Notes: generated by a model not told the origin, from the sequence alone. Positions 50,391 through 61,639 are shown, numbered from the stretch's first letter. The stretch is 64,000 nt of DNA from an uncultured Pseudomonadota bacterium (GCA_963714525.1 CAVQPB010000004.1:39722-103721); one strand, 5' to 3'. Translations and numbers: made by a program.

Positions 50391-53300
50391 ATGCAATCAG
50401 TTAGCTTAGAGGACAAATACGTCTCGACCCACGGACGTATCTATCTGTCTGGTATTCAGGCTCTAGTTCGCTTACCGTTGCTGCAACGACAGCGCGATCA
50501 AGCAGCCGGGCTCAACACCGCGGGCTTTATTTCAGGTTATCGCGGCTCGCCCCTCGGCGGGCTGGATCAGGCATTGTGGAAAGCGGAAAAACATCTTGCC
50601 GCGCAGCACATTAAATTTCAACCCGGTGTAAACGAAGAACTCGCCGCTACGTCGGTGTGGGGCACGCAGCAAGTGCACTTGATCGGCGAATCCAACTACG
50701 ACGGCGTGTTCGCCATGTGGTATGGCAAGGGGCCAGGCGTCGACCGCTGCGGCGATGTGTTCAAGCACATGAATTTCGCCGGCACGTCGAAACACGGCGG
50801 TGTGTTGCTGGTGGCCGGCGACGATCACGGCGCTTATTCGTCGTCGTTGCCGCACCAAAGCGATCACTTGTTTTCTGCGTCCATGATCCCGGTACTCTAT
50901 CCCTGCAATGTGCAGGAGTACGTCGACCTCGGGCTGCACGGCTGGGCGATGTCGCGTTTCTCCGGCTGCGCCGTGGCGTTCAAGGCGCTGGCGGATACGG
51001 TGGAATCGTCCGCTTCCATCGATGCCGATCCGTTCCGCGTAAAGATCCAATTGCCCGATGATTTCGTCATGCCCGAGGGCGGTCTTAATTGCCGTTTATC
51101 CAGCGATACGGTACTCGTGCAGGCACGATCCCAAGAAGCCTTGATGCAGGACTACAAGATCTACGCCGCTATCGCCTACGCGCGAGCCAACCAGTTAAAC
51201 CGCACCACCATCGATTCACCCCACGCAAAACTCGGCATCATCGCGTCCGGAAAATCCTATCTCGACGTGCTCGAAGCGCTGGATGAACTCGGCATATCGG
51301 AACAACGGGCCGCCGAGATCGGAATCCGGGTGTTTAAGGTGGCGATGCCGTGGCCGTTGGAACCGGACGGTGTGCGCGAATTCGCTCGCGGCCTCGACGA
51401 GATACTGGTGGTAGAAGAAAAACGCCAGATCGTCGAGTATCAACTGAAGGAGCAACTGTACAACTGGCAACCGGATGTGCGCCCGAGAGTGATCGGCAAG
51501 TTCGATGAGCAGGGAGAGTGGGTTCATTCGCGCGGGCAATGGTTACTGCCCGCCAAGGCGGATTTTTCTATCGCCCAGATTGCCCGGGTGATCGCGGCGC
51601 GGGTGCAGCGTTTTCATCGCAGCGATGTGATCAAAGCGCGGCTGACTTTTCTCGAAGCGAAAGAAGCAGTGCTGAAAAAAGCCATCGATACGCCGCCGCG
51701 CCCGGCGTTTTATTGCTCCGGTTGTCCGCACAACACCTCGACCAAAGTTCCCGATGGCAGCGTCGCCCTTGCGGGAATCGGCTGCCACGCCATGGCCACG
51801 GCCATCTATCCCGATGCGAATAAGACCCTCACGCAAATGGGCGGCGAGGGCGCGCCGTGGATCGGCCAAGCGCCGTTCTCGAAGCGCGAGCATATTTTCG
51901 CCAACTTGGGTGACGGCACCTATTTTCATTCGGGTCATCTGGCGATACGCGCGGTGCTCGCCGCCAAGGTCAAGATGACTTACAAAATTTTGTATAACGA
52001 TGCGGTGGCGATGACCGGCGGCCAACCTATCGACGGGCAAATTTCCGTGCCGATGATCGCACAACAGCTCGCTGCGGAGGGCGTGCAGCGCATCGCGCTG
52101 GTCAGCGAAGACATTTCGCGCTATGACGACCGGTCGTTGTTGCCGGCGTCCGTCACCATCCACGATCGCAAAGACATGGACGGCGTGCAGCGCGAACTGC
52201 GCGACTACGATGGGCTGTCGGTGCTGATCTTCGACCAGACCTGCGCCGCAGAAAAACGCCGCCGCCGTAAGGCCGGCGAATATCCGAAAGCGACATCGCG
52301 CCTGTTCATCAACGAGGCGGTATGCGAAGGCTGCGGCGATTGCGGTGTGCAATCGAACTGCACGTCGATCCTGCCGGTTGAAACGGAATTCGGCCGCAAG
52401 CGTATGATCGATCAATCGACTTGCAATCAGGATTATTCGTGCGTACAAGGATTTTGCCCGAGCTTCGTCACCATCGAAGGCGGCACGCCGAAAAAATCGC
52501 AAGCGGCTAAACAAAAAATTCCTGCCGAACTCGAATCATTGCTTGCGCCGGCGGAGTGTTCAGTTCAAAGCTCGTCGTACAACATTTTAATCGTCGGCAT
52601 CGGCGGCACCGGTGTCATCACCATCGGTGCATTGCTCGGCATGGCGGCGCACTTGGAAGGCAAGGGCATTTCGGTGCTCGACATGACGGGCATGTCGCAA
52701 AAAAACGGCTCGGTCACCTCTCACGTGCGTATCGCGCGCGACCCACGTGATATCCGCGCCCAGCGCATCGCTACCGGCGAAGCGGATCTCATACTCGGTT
52801 GCGACATGCTCACCGCCGGCGCCCATGATGCTATCGCTAAAACCGGGCCGGGCCGCACGACTGCAGTCATCAACCTGCATCAACAACCGCCCGGAGCGTT
52901 TGCACAAAATCCCGATTGGCAATTTCCTACCGACAAGATCCGCGCGCTGATCGACGAGTCGGTAGCGGGCCGTTCGCACTACGTCGACGCCACTCGGATT
53001 GCTACCGCGTTACTCAGCGATTCGATTGCGACGAATTTATTCATGCTCGGATTTGCGTTTCAGAAGGGGTTGATCCCGCTACAAGAAACGTCCATCACCA
53101 AGGCGATAGAACTGAACGGCGTCGCGGTTGAGGCGAACCGTTCTGCGTTTTCTTGGGGACGGCGCGCGGCGATGAATATCGATGCCGTCGAACGGATCGC
53201 ATCGCCGGCGCAGCCGGTGGTGGTGCAATTGCCACAAAGCCTAGAGACATTATTGCGTAAACGCGTTGCGTTTCTGACGGACTACCAAAATGCAGCTTAC

Positions 53301-53900
53301 GCCCAACGCTATGCCGACTTCGTCGAACGGGTGCGCCAGGCGGAAACGAAAGTGAGCACGCGGGACGACTTGAGTCTAGCAGTTGCCAAGTATCTGTTTA
53401 AACTGATGGCTTACAAAGACGAGTACGAGGTCGCACGCCTCTATAGCAACGGCGAATTCGAACGCCGGCTAAGCAATGCTTTCGCGGGCGATTTCAAACT
53501 CAAATTCAATCTCGCGCCGCCGTTATTGGCAAAGCGCGATGCCCAGGGCCGCCTCATCAAAGCCAAGTATGGCGCATGGATGAAACAGGCGTTCAAGCTC
53601 CTAGCGAAACTTAAGTTTTTGCGCGGTACTGCGCTCGATATTTTCGGCCGGACGGAAGAACGAAAAATGGAGCGCCGATTAATCGAAGCTTACGAACGTT
53701 CGATTGGCGTGAGCTTGGCAAAGCTGACCAAAGCGAATCTTGCGACAGTCATCGAGCTCGCCAATCTTCCCGAGCACATCCGTGGCTATGGCCACGTCAA
53801 GCACGCTCATGTCGAGACCGTGCGTCCCCGTTGGCAAGCGCTTGAATATAAACTCGCCGGCGCTAATATTGAGGTGATCAAACCAAAGCAAGCGGCGTGA
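50391..53900 (+). CDS. Indolepyruvate:ferredoxin oxidoreductase family protein (fused alpha/beta)
   Basis: SGYRGSPLGG, WYGKGPGVDR, CSGCPHN, GDGTYFHSG, CEGCGDC ferredoxin, GIGGTG, AYKDEYEVARL, IRGYGHVK. Confidence 0.93.
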   Translation: MQSVSLEDKYVSTHGRIYLSGIQALVRLPLLQRQRDQAAGLNTAGFISGYRGSPLGGLDQALWKAEKHLAAQHIKFQPGVNEELAATSVWGTQQVHLIGESNYDGVFAMWYGKGPGVDRCGDVFKHMNFAGTSKHGGVLLVAGDDHGAYSSSLPHQSDHLFSASMIPVLYPCNVQEYVDLGLHGWAMSRFSGCAVAFKALADTVESSASIDADPFRVKIQLPDDFVMPEGGLNCRLSSDTVLVQARSQEALMQDYKIYAAIAYARANQLNRTTIDSPHAKLGIIASGKSYLDVLEALDELGISEQRAAEIGIRVFKVAMPWPLEPDGVREFARGLDEILVVEEKRQIVEYQLKEQLYNWQPDVRPRVIGKFDEQGEWVHSRGQWLLPAKADFSIAQIARVIAARVQRFHRSDVIKARLTFLEAKEAVLKKAIDTPPRPAFYCSGCPHNTSTKVPDGSVALAGIGCHAMATAIYPDANKTLTQMGGEGAPWIGQAPFSKREHIFANLGDGTYFHSGHLAIRAVLAAKVKMTYKILYNDAVAMTGGQPIDGQISVPMIAQQLAAEGVQRIALVSEDISRYDDRSLLPASVTIHDRKDMDGVQRELRDYDGLSVLIFDQTCAAEKRRRRKAGEYPKATSRLFINEAVCEGCGDCGVQSNCTSILPVETEFGRKRMIDQSTCNQDYSCVQGFCPSFVTIEGGTPKKSQAAKQKIPAELESLLAPAECSVQSSSYNILIVGIGGTGVITIGALLGMAAHLEGKGISVLDMTGMSQKNGSVTSHVRIARDPRDIRAQRIATGEADLILGCDMLTAGAHDAIAKTGPGRTTAVINLHQQPPGAFAQNPDWQFPTDKIRALIDESVAGRSHYVDATRIATALLSDSIATNLFMLGFAFQKGLIPLQETSITKAIELNGVAVEANRSAFSWGRRAAMNIDAVERIASPAQPVVVQLPQSLETLLRKRVAFLTDYQNAAYAQRYADFVERVRQAETKVSTRDDLSLAVAKYLFKLMAYKDEYEVARLYSNGEFERRLSNAFAGDFKLKFNLAPPLLAKRDAQGRLIKAKYGAWMKQAFKLLAKLKFLRGTALDIFGRTEERKMERRLIEAYERSIGVSLAKLTKANLATVIELANLPEHIRGYGHVKHAHVETVRPRWQALEYKLAGANIEVIKPKQAA

Positions 53901-53953
53901 AAAATAAAGGATGAAGGCGGAGGGATGAAGGATGAAAAATCGCGATTATGCAT

Positions 53954-54790
53954 TTACGACATGCCTTGCGTGGAGATCCCATGTCTAGCGGCCCAGCCCA
54001 GTCCATCTTCGGTGCGACCGAGCGGACGATATTCGCAACCGACCCAACCGCGATAATCCAACTCATCGATTAGATCGAACAGGAAGGGATAATTAATTTC
54101 GCCGACGTTCGGTTCATGCCGGCCCGGCACGCCGGCAAACTGAATGTGGCGGATAACCGCGATGTTTTCGCGCAAGGTCTGGGCCAGATTGCCTTGCATA
54201 ATTTGCTGGTGATAGAGATCGAGATGCAGAAACAGGATGTCGCTTCCGACTTGCTCGATAATGCGCCGCGCTTGATCGACCCGATGCAGAAAGAATCCGC
54301 GCATGCCTTGCGTGACATAACGCTCGCCGCCTTGCACCACATCCATTTTGTTATTGATCGGCTCGATCACGGCGGCGACGCCGATGTCCGCCAGCGCGTT
54401 GGCTGCAAGCTTTAAGTTTGATACAAAGGTACTCTCCGCCTGCTCGTAAGGCGTGTTGGAATCGTAAACGCCTGCCAGCACGTGCACGCATTCCGGTTTG
54501 AGCACGCGTGCGTACTCGACGGTTTTCGCAAGGCCCGACTGAAACTCCACCTCTCGCCCCGGCACGGCGGCGAGACCGCGATCTCCCGCTTGCCAGTTGC
54601 CTGTAGGCGTATCGATCAATGCGAGGGCGAGGCGATGTTCGGCGAGTAAATCCATTAGTTGCTGCGCCGGATAGTCGTACGGGACTTGAAACTCAACGGC
54701 GCGGAAGCCGGAGGCCGCCGCGCGCGCGAAGCGTTCTAGAAAAGGAACTTCACTGAATAGGTAATGAAGGTTGGCGGCGAATCTAGGCAT
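53954..54790 (-). CDS. Hydroxypyruvate isomerase family (Hyi/OtnI)
   Basis: MPRFAANL, IEPIN, DLYHQQ, PGRHEP, GCEYRP. Confidence 0.88.
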   Translation of the reverse strand: MPRFAANLHYLFSEVPFLERFARAAASGFRAVEFQVPYDYPAQQLMDLLAEHRLALALIDTPTGNWQAGDRGLAAVPGREVEFQSGLAKTVEYARVLKPECVHVLAGVYDSNTPYEQAESTFVSNLKLAANALADIGVAAVIEPINNKMDVVQGGERYVTQGMRGFFLHRVDQARRIIEQVGSDILFLHLDLYHQQIMQGNLAQTLRENIAVIRHIQFAGVPGRHEPNVGEINYPFLFDLIDELDYRGWVGCEYRPLGRTEDGLGWAARHGISTQGMS

Positions 54791-54819
54791 TGCGACATTA
54801 TGCCTGATCCATTAGTTTT

Positions 54820-55248
54820 TTATGGACGCGCCCGCTGGCGAAACTCCAATTGCTGACGTTGAATATCGAACGATAAATCTTGCTGCTGGCGTTCCCGATC
54901 GAACAACTGGTTCTGCAACGGCGCCGGATTGATCTGGGTTGATGGAGAAGAAGGCGTACGTGGTGCGTTCCGGGTCGCTCCCTCCAACAGCCGTTGGCGC
55001 TGTTGTAATTGCTCCTGCGCGCGGCGCTGGTCGGCGTTCAGTTTGGCGCGCTCTTCCAAACGCTTCGGCTCGGCAGCGGCGTCCTGCGGCGAGGCAGTCT
55101 GCTTTTGCTCCAAGTTAAGCTGTTCTTCTTGCATGCGGCGCTGCGTCTGCGTTGCGTCAACGGCGTCTTGGTTCGACTCCGCGCTCGACGGAACAGACAA
55201 GCCACTGGATACGAAAGCGATAATAGCGAAAATGTATGTGGGCCTCAT
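54820..55248 (-). CDS. Hypothetical secreted Gln/Arg-rich coiled-coil protein
   Basis: Signal peptide followed by low-complexity Q/E/R-rich sequence. Confidence 0.55.
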   Translation of the reverse strand: MRPTYIFAIIAFVSSGLSVPSSAESNQDAVDATQTQRRMQEEQLNLEQKQTASPQDAAAEPKRLEERAKLNADQRRAQEQLQQRQRLLEGATRNAPRTPSSPSTQINPAPLQNQLFDRERQQQDLSFDIQRQQLEFRQRARP

Positions 55249-55422
55249 GTGGGTTTTGAATCGTTAGGACGAAAATAGTTCACACACATTCGCAAGGATA
55301 CGCAACTTGATGCCTAGCAAATTTTGCCATCCTCTGAATAAAGCGTATACCATGGCGAAAACGCTTAGCCGGCCCAACCGTTAAGCGAGGGAGTTGCAAA
55401 GACAAAACGAGGAGAACAAACC

Positions 55423-56796
55423 ATGGTTGGACCCGCACCCGTCGTCAATCCCTATGCCTACGACAATAGCGCCGTCGAAACGCCACCCGCGACGCTCGGT
55501 GGCGCCTTGCGCCGGGTCGGACCAGGCCTGGTGTTGACCGCATCCATCGTCGGTTCCGGCGAGTTGATCGCCACTACCAAGCTCGGCGCCGAGGTTGGTT
55601 ATGTATTGATGTGGGCGGTGATCATCGCATGCCTAATCAAAGTCGTCATTCAGGCTGAGATCGGCCGCTATACCATCGCCACGGGTGAAACCGCGTTGCA
55701 ATTCATGAACCACATGCCCGGTCGGATACTCGGTTTATCGTGGGCTATTTGGCTTTGGATGATCGCCGGCATTCTGGTGATGTTCGCCGTCGGCGGCATG
55801 TACGGCGGCGTCGCGCAATCGCTGCACCTGCTAATGCCTGCCGTAAGCGTCGACGTTTGGGTCGGGGTGTTGCTGATTGTCACTTTGGCGGTGTTGCTTA
55901 CCGGCTCCTATGCCCAGATCGAATTCGTGGCAACTTTTCTCGTCGCCATATTCACCATACTTACCGTCGTTACCGCGGGCATGTTGTTATTCCATCCGGA
56001 GTATTTCAGTTGGAGCAGTGTCGGCAAAGGCCTCGCGTTCGATGTGCCGGACAAAGGATTTTTCACCGCCATCGCGGTATTCGGCATCACCGGTGTCGGC
56101 GCAATCGAGTTGACACAATATCCCTATTGGTGCGTGGAAAAGGGGTATGCGCGCTTCGCCGGGGTGCGCGATGGCAGCGCCGCATGGGTTGAGCGCGCGC
56201 GCGGCTGGATCCGCGTTATGCATGTCGACATCTTTGTTGCGATGTTGATCTACACGTTTGCGACAGTCGCGTTTTATCTGCTTGGCGCCGGCGTGCTGCA
56301 TACCTTGGGGCTTATTCCAGAGTCCAGCAAGATGATCGAAAATCTCTCCAAGATGTATACCGAAATGCTAGGCCCCACCGGCCTGTATTTATTTTTCTTC
56401 GGCGCCATCGCCGTGCTCTACAGCACCATCTTCGCGGCGACCGCAGGCATGTCGCGCCAGTTTGCCGATCTCGTCGGCCTCGCGGGCGTCTACAAAGGTA
56501 CTGACTACATACAGCGTCGAAAGTGGCAACGCATCATGGTGGTCGTGTTCAATTTTCTTCCCGTGTTGTTGTACTACGCCGTCAAGCTACCAGCGTTGAT
56601 GGTCACCATCACCGGCGTTTCCATCGCGCTGCTGCTGCCGATCATCTCGATCTGCACGCTATATCTGCGTTACAAAAAGCTCCCGCAAGAAGTCGCGCCG
56701 CCGCAATGGGTGTCGGTGCTGCTGTGGATTACAACAATCGTCATTACCATCGGCATGACGTGGTATGCGTTAAAACAATTGCCGATGTTTAAGTAA
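55423..56796 (+). CDS. Nramp-like (APC superfamily) transporter
   Basis: GPGLVLTASIVGSGELI, RYTIATGE, many TM helices. GAGGAG RBS. Confidence 0.8.
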   Translation: MVGPAPVVNPYAYDNSAVETPPATLGGALRRVGPGLVLTASIVGSGELIATTKLGAEVGYVLMWAVIIACLIKVVIQAEIGRYTIATGETALQFMNHMPGRILGLSWAIWLWMIAGILVMFAVGGMYGGVAQSLHLLMPAVSVDVWVGVLLIVTLAVLLTGSYAQIEFVATFLVAIFTILTVVTAGMLLFHPEYFSWSSVGKGLAFDVPDKGFFTAIAVFGITGVGAIELTQYPYWCVEKGYARFAGVRDGSAAWVERARGWIRVMHVDIFVAMLIYTFATVAFYLLGAGVLHTLGLIPESSKMIENLSKMYTEMLGPTGLYLFFFGAIAVLYSTIFAATAGMSRQFADLVGLAGVYKGTDYIQRRKWQRIMVVVFNFLPVLLYYAVKLPALMVTITGVSIALLLPIISICTLYLRYKKLPQEVAPPQWVSVLLWITTIVITIGMTWYALKQLPMFK

Positions 56797-56801
56797 CATA
56801 A

Positions 56802-56901
56802 TGTAGAGCGGGTGCAACCCGCCGAACCGCATTTCACCCGGCTGATAGCGAAGCCAGGACGCCAATCATTCTTCGGAAGGCGCTGCGCTTTTCCGACCTA
56901 C
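56802..56901. repeat. GTAG-family REP pair
   Basis: GTAGAGCGGGTGCAACCCGCCGAAC plus, at 56873-56901, an exact 29-nt reverse complement of 43014-43042. Confidence 0.75.
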
Positions 56902-56916
56902 AGGTGTTCGCAACTC

Positions 56917-58230
56917 CTAATCCACCACCGCCTGATAAACCAAAGCCTTAAACAAGCGCCGGTAATATTGCCGCGACGGTCCCGGCGCTTGCGACATATA
57001 CACCGCAACGATTTCCTCTTTCGGGTCGACCCAGAAGAACGTGCCGCCATATCCGCCCCACGTGAATTCTCCGGCGGAACCGGGGATCGTGGACATGCCT
57101 GCGCCGGTGCGCACCGCGAACCCTAGGCCGAAGCTGTAACCGGGCGAGCTGAACAATAATTCCCCGGGTGTGGCCGGTGCGGCGATGCGGTTTCCCAGAT
57201 GATCGGAAGTCATGAGGTTAATCGTCGTGCGGCTCATGACGCGGGCGCCGTCGAATTGGCCGCCGTTGGCGAGCATGAGCGCGAAGCGCAAATAATCGTT
57301 TGCGCTCGCCACACCGCCTGCGCCGCCGGAATCGTTTTTTGGTTGCGCGGCAACATCGATCATGCGATTCGGCGCTCCCGAGGTGGGGTCGATGGCCAAC
57401 GGCTGAGCGAGGCGCGGAAGTTTTTCGGGCACAAGCCAGAATCCGGAGTCGGTCATCTTCAATGGCTTAAATAATCGCGTGTCAAGAAACTCGCCTAGGC
57501 TTTTACCCGACGCGGCTTCGACCACGCGGCCAAGGACATCGGAGGCGAGGCTGTAATCCCAAATCGTGCCCGGCTGATGGATGAGCGGAATTTTCGCCAG
57601 GCGCTCCACTTGTTCCGCAGGCGTCATGCCGCGCGAATCGAAATCGCGCACATTCTGTAGGTACAGCCCCGCTTTGATGTGCGCCTCTTTTACCGGCGCG
57701 TTGGCCGTGAGTTCACCGTAGGCGAGGCCTGCCGTGTGACGCAGCAAATCGTAGACCGTCATTTCGCGCTCGGCGGACACGGTTGAATAGGTAATTTTCG
57801 CAAACTCAGCATCGGCCTTTGCGACACTCACTTGCAGGTTCTTCATCGCCGGCAAATGTTTCGACACGAAATCGTTGAGTTGCAGCTTGCCATCCTCAAC
57901 GAGCATCATCGCGGCGACGGAAACCATGGGCTTGGTCATGGAATAAATGCGAAAGATCGCGTCTTTAGCCATGGGAGTCGCGGTTTCTTTGTTTTGAAAC
58001 CCGATGCTTTCGCTGTACACCAAACGATTCTTGCGCGCGATCATCATCACCACGCCGGGCAGCTTACCTTGCTCGATCTCTTGTTTGAAAACCTGAGTGA
58101 TTTTCGCCAGCCGTTCGGCGGAAAAACCCGCCTGCTCCGGCTTCGCGGTCGGCAGATCTTGCGCAACCGCGGCGTGGACGACGAGGGCAGCAAGCACCAT
58201 AAAGAGGTGACGGCGGTACGCAATATTCAT
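56917..58230 (-). CDS. Serine hydrolase (class C beta-lactamase-like esterase/amidase)
   Basis: Signal peptide, FRIYSMTK (SxxK), LLRHTAG, WDYS, WGGYGGTFFWVDP. Confidence 0.88.
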   Translation of the reverse strand: MNIAYRRHLFMVLAALVVHAAVAQDLPTAKPEQAGFSAERLAKITQVFKQEIEQGKLPGVVMMIARKNRLVYSESIGFQNKETATPMAKDAIFRIYSMTKPMVSVAAMMLVEDGKLQLNDFVSKHLPAMKNLQVSVAKADAEFAKITYSTVSAEREMTVYDLLRHTAGLAYGELTANAPVKEAHIKAGLYLQNVRDFDSRGMTPAEQVERLAKIPLIHQPGTIWDYSLASDVLGRVVEAASGKSLGEFLDTRLFKPLKMTDSGFWLVPEKLPRLAQPLAIDPTSGAPNRMIDVAAQPKNDSGGAGGVASANDYLRFALMLANGGQFDGARVMSRTTINLMTSDHLGNRIAAPATPGELLFSSPGYSFGLGFAVRTGAGMSTIPGSAGEFTWGGYGGTFFWVDPKEEIVAVYMSQAPGPSRQYYRRLFKALVYQAVVD

Positions 58231-58295
58231 TTTTTCTCCGTTGTGTTTTTGGCGATGTCGCTCGAAACTATGTCCCAAACTGCCATGGTATTCCG

Positions 58296-58811
58296 CTAGT
58301 CATCGTCTTTGTCGTAGGTCTTGTGAGGTTCGGAAATGCCGGTATCCGCCGCTTCTGTTTCGCTCAACGCCAACGAATAAAACTCGGCTACGCAGTAGGA
58401 ATTGATCTCGCAGGTCAGCACAATGCTGGCCTCAACGCCCTGCCACATATATTGCTCGTGGCGTTTGCGTGGGCGCAGCGGTTCGCCGTACATTCTGTTT
58501 AAGGCGGCGAGTAGTGCAATCTTATTGTTCGAGCCGAAAGTTTGCACCACGCCGGCGCTGAATTGATCTTTGTAATATCGGTAGGCGATCTTGACCACCT
58601 CCGCCTGACTGAATGTCAAACTTTCTCCCTTTTTCCGGTAGTACGCGACGTCACCCTCGCGGCGTATTAAGTTCATGTTATCGCGCTGCGAGTCGAACGC
58701 GCTTGACCAGGGAACACCACGAAAATCCCGCAACTCATCTTTCACTGTTTCAGCGCCGGCAATACCGGCGATGATCAGCGTAGCGCAGAGGCCTGTTGAC
58801 CAATAACGCAT
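58296..58811 (-). CDS. Hypothetical exported protein
   Basis: AAGG RBS, signal peptide, FRGVPW N-terminal motif. Confidence 0.6.
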   Translation of the reverse strand: MRYWSTGLCATLIIAGIAGAETVKDELRDFRGVPWSSAFDSQRDNMNLIRREGDVAYYRKKGESLTFSQAEVVKIAYRYYKDQFSAGVVQTFGSNNKIALLAALNRMYGEPLRPRKRHEQYMWQGVEASIVLTCEINSYCVAEFYSLALSETEAADTGISEPHKTYDKDDD

Positions 58812-59102
58812 GGGTAGTGTTCCTTTTCCGTGGCAACCATTCAACAGTATTGTGCCGCCTGCCGGCGTTATACACAATTGGTTAAACCGTTAAACGTTCA
58901 GCGTCGAATGGAAATATCGACGCTAGCGATATGCGCGCGCGCTGCGCTCAATTTTCTACAACGGCATTGCCAGGAGGCGCGCGCAGCTTGCGGTCCAGGC
59001 ATGCCTAGCCTGGGAGGCAAGCTGGACAAGGCTTCTGGCATGGTAGCTCACGGAAAACAAAAACGTTGACGCAAACAATAAAATGGGAAATAATTCCCAA
59101 AT

Positions 59103-59990
59103 ATGCAAACCGCGAAGGCACCGCTCCTCGCCGCGCTTCTGACGTTATTGCGTCCGTTAGTGCGGTTTTTGTTAGCGCGCGGCATTGCTTTCGATAGTTT
59201 TGTCGAGGTTGCTAAGCGAGCGTTTATCGAGGTAGCGGAAAAGGATTTTGGACTTCCCGGCAAAAGGCAAACCGATTCGCGTATTTCAGTGTTGACCGGC
59301 CTCACGCGCAAGGAAGTGGCTAGAGTGAGAGATGAAGTGGAACCATTGTCCGTGGTGGCAGACCAACGCCTGAACCGCGCGGCGCGAGTGGTCAGCGGAT
59401 GGGTGCGGGATTTCGCGCCGGCAAAAACAACGAAAGTAGCGCCGATGACCTTGGCGCTCGACGGCGTGCAGCGCAGCTTCGCCGAATTGGTGCGGCGTTA
59501 CAGTGGCGACATGCCGGTGCAATCGGTGTTGGACGAGTTGTTGCGCGCCGGTACCGTGACGCGCCGGGCGGATGGTTCGGTGCAGTTGGTGAATCGAACT
59601 TATCTTCCGGCCAAGGACGCAGTGGGAAAGGTTTCCTTGCTCGGCAACGATGCGAGAGATTTAATTGCGACGATCACCCACAACTTGGATGCGGATCCGG
59701 CAAACGCTTATTTCCAGCGTAAAACGAGCTACAACAACTTACCCGCGAACGCGCTCGACGATGTGCGTCAGTTACTGCGCGATGAGGGGCAGGTATTTTT
59801 GGAGCGATTCGATCGTTTGTTGGCGGCGAAAGATCGAGACATGAATGCTTCAGTGTTAGGCGAAGGACGCAAGCGTGCCGTGATCGGCTTGTATTATTTC
59901 GAGGAAGACGTGGAGGCAACGTCGATTCCTGCGAAAAAGATTGGGCGAGACGGAACGCCCGGCAGAATAGAAAGTCGACAAAAGAAATGA
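59103..59990 (+). CDS. DUF6502-like protein
   Basis: LLRPLVRFLL, SRISVLTGLTRKEV, SFAELVRRYSGD, TITHN, YFQR. Confidence 0.7.
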   Translation: MQTAKAPLLAALLTLLRPLVRFLLARGIAFDSFVEVAKRAFIEVAEKDFGLPGKRQTDSRISVLTGLTRKEVARVRDEVEPLSVVADQRLNRAARVVSGWVRDFAPAKTTKVAPMTLALDGVQRSFAELVRRYSGDMPVQSVLDELLRAGTVTRRADGSVQLVNRTYLPAKDAVGKVSLLGNDARDLIATITHNLDADPANAYFQRKTSYNNLPANALDDVRQLLRDEGQVFLERFDRLLAAKDRDMNASVLGEGRKRAVIGLYYFEEDVEATSIPAKKIGRDGTPGRIESRQKK

Positions 59991-60009
59991 CTCAGTTTGA
60001 GGAGATTAA

Positions 60010-60987
60010 ATGATGGCGCGATTCACTAAATATATTTTGATGACGATCGTAGTATTGGGACTGATGGCCTGTGCGCAACAACTTAGCAGGCAAGCCGACG
60101 GCGGCATGACTGGCACCGGCAGCCCCATGGTTACCATAGGAACGGTGACGAAATTCGGCAGCGTCGTTGTCAACGGTTTCGAGTGGAATAGCGACAATGC
60201 ACGCGTGATCGTGAACGGTAGACCATCGACGGTCGCGGCGGGATTACGTTTGGGCATGATCGTGCGGGTCGAAGGTAATCGTCCCGTCGATGGCGCCGAC
60301 CGCGGGGTCGCCAATACGATTCAATACGAGAGCGATTTGATCGGTCCGCTAGCCATCACTTCCCTGCGCGCCGATGGTGCAACGACAAAGTTTAGCGTCG
60401 CCGGCCAACCGGTGTTCGCCGACCGGACGACCGTGTTCGAAGGCTTCGATCGATTGGCTTCGCTGAGCGATGGCGATCGACTCGAAATCAGCGGCTTTCG
60501 CGATCGCTACTATGCGTTGCACGCAACCTGGATACGCAAAGCAAGCGACGGCGAGGATCAAGTGCGCGTCAAAGGTATCGCGTCCAACGTCACGGATAAA
60601 TCCTTTAAGGTCGAGGGATTGACAGTGCGTTATCCAAATGAACTTGCCGTACGCGCGTCGGGGATACGCGAAGGTACATTTGTTGCGTTGAGCGGCAAGA
60701 TGGCGGCGGGCGAGGAGTCGACGCTGCTGGCAAGCGCGATGACTCCGGTGTCGGTTGCGGTCTCTTTGCCGGAGGATACGCCGGTGATCATGGAGGGATT
60801 GATCAAGAGCGTAACGCCGGCCGGATTCACCATGCACAACCGGCCGATCGTGATCGGCAGCACCACTTCGTTTGCGCAAGGCAGTGCGGCTGATCTACGC
60901 GAGGATACTAAGGTGCATGTGATCGGTCGTTTTAAATCCGGTGCGTTCGATGCGTTCAAAGTGATCGTCGCGAACCAGGCGAATTAA
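60010..60987 (+). CDS. DUF5666-like repeat lipoprotein
   Basis: Lipobox [30 protein letters not shown], repeated OB-like modules. Confidence 0.7.
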   Translation: MMARFTKYILMTIVVLGLMACAQQLSRQADGGMTGTGSPMVTIGTVTKFGSVVVNGFEWNSDNARVIVNGRPSTVAAGLRLGMIVRVEGNRPVDGADRGVANTIQYESDLIGPLAITSLRADGATTKFSVAGQPVFADRTTVFEGFDRLASLSDGDRLEISGFRDRYYALHATWIRKASDGEDQVRVKGIASNVTDKSFKVEGLTVRYPNELAVRASGIREGTFVALSGKMAAGEESTLLASAMTPVSVAVSLPEDTPVIMEGLIKSVTPAGFTMHNRPIVIGSTTSFAQGSAADLREDTKVHVIGRFKSGAFDAFKVIVANQAN

Positions 60988-61108
60988 TGCAGTAAAGATT
61001 CTCCGCCCAGCCGCAAACGGAGAGTCATGTAAACGCGGCAACGAGAACGTGGGGTCTGCAAGCTCCCCGTTTTCTGAAGTCTTTCTATCGCTAACTATGG
61101 AGATGCAA

Positions 61109-61639
61109 ATGATGTTACGTTTAAATTGTTCTACCTCAACCTTGCGCATGGCTGCTGCCGGCGCCGCTATCGCTCTACTCACCCTCGGTGGCTGCGCCAT
61201 GTCCGGCAAGCAAATGGCTGAACCGGCCGCGATGCCCGCTAAGGACATCGTCGACACGGCGGTTGCCGCAGGTTCGTTCAACACGCTGGTCGCTGCCGTT
61301 AAACAAGCCGGCTTGGTAGACACACTGAAAGGCAAAGGTCCGCTGACAGTATTTGCGCCGACGGACGCCGCGTTCGCGAAGATCCCGAAAGATCAACTCA
61401 ACGCGATCCTTGCCGACAAAGCACTGCTGACCAAGATTCTGACCTATCACGTGGTGGCCGGCAAAGTCATGGCGGCGGATGTGAAGCCGGGGCCGGTCAA
61501 AACCGTACAGGGCAGCAACATGACCGTGTCGATGGATGGCGGCAATGTCATGGTCGATAAAGCCAAGGTAGTCAAAACGGACATCGCGGCGTCGAACGGC
61601 GTGATACACGTCATCGACAGCGTGATAGTGCCAAATTAA
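61109..61639 (+). CDS. Fasciclin (FAS1) domain lipoprotein
   Basis: Lipobox [36 protein letters not shown]. Confidence 0.92.
   Translation: MMLRLNCSTSTLRMAAAGAAIALLTLGGCAMSGKQMAEPAAMPAKDIVDTAVAAGSFNTLVAAVKQAGLVDTLKGKGPLTVFAPTDAAFAKIPKDQLNAILADKALLTKILTYHVVAGKVMAADVKPGPVKTVQGSNMTVSMDGGNVMVDKAKVVKTDIAASNGVIHVIDSVIVPN

Noticed and set aside
51543-52514. Long antisense ORFs (e.g. 323 aa here, also 32671-33429 and 36476-37273)
   Set aside because: Shadow frames of well-supported genes in GC-rich DNA, with no motifs.
53908-53938. Short GGATGAA tandem repeats after the IOR gene
   Set aside because: Only about three imperfect copies between convergent genes, with no supportable function.
56917-58230. 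Antibiotic-resistance beta-lactamase
   Set aside because: It has SxxK but a WGG motif instead of KTG, typical of family VIII esterase-like hydrolases. Resistance cannot be claimed.
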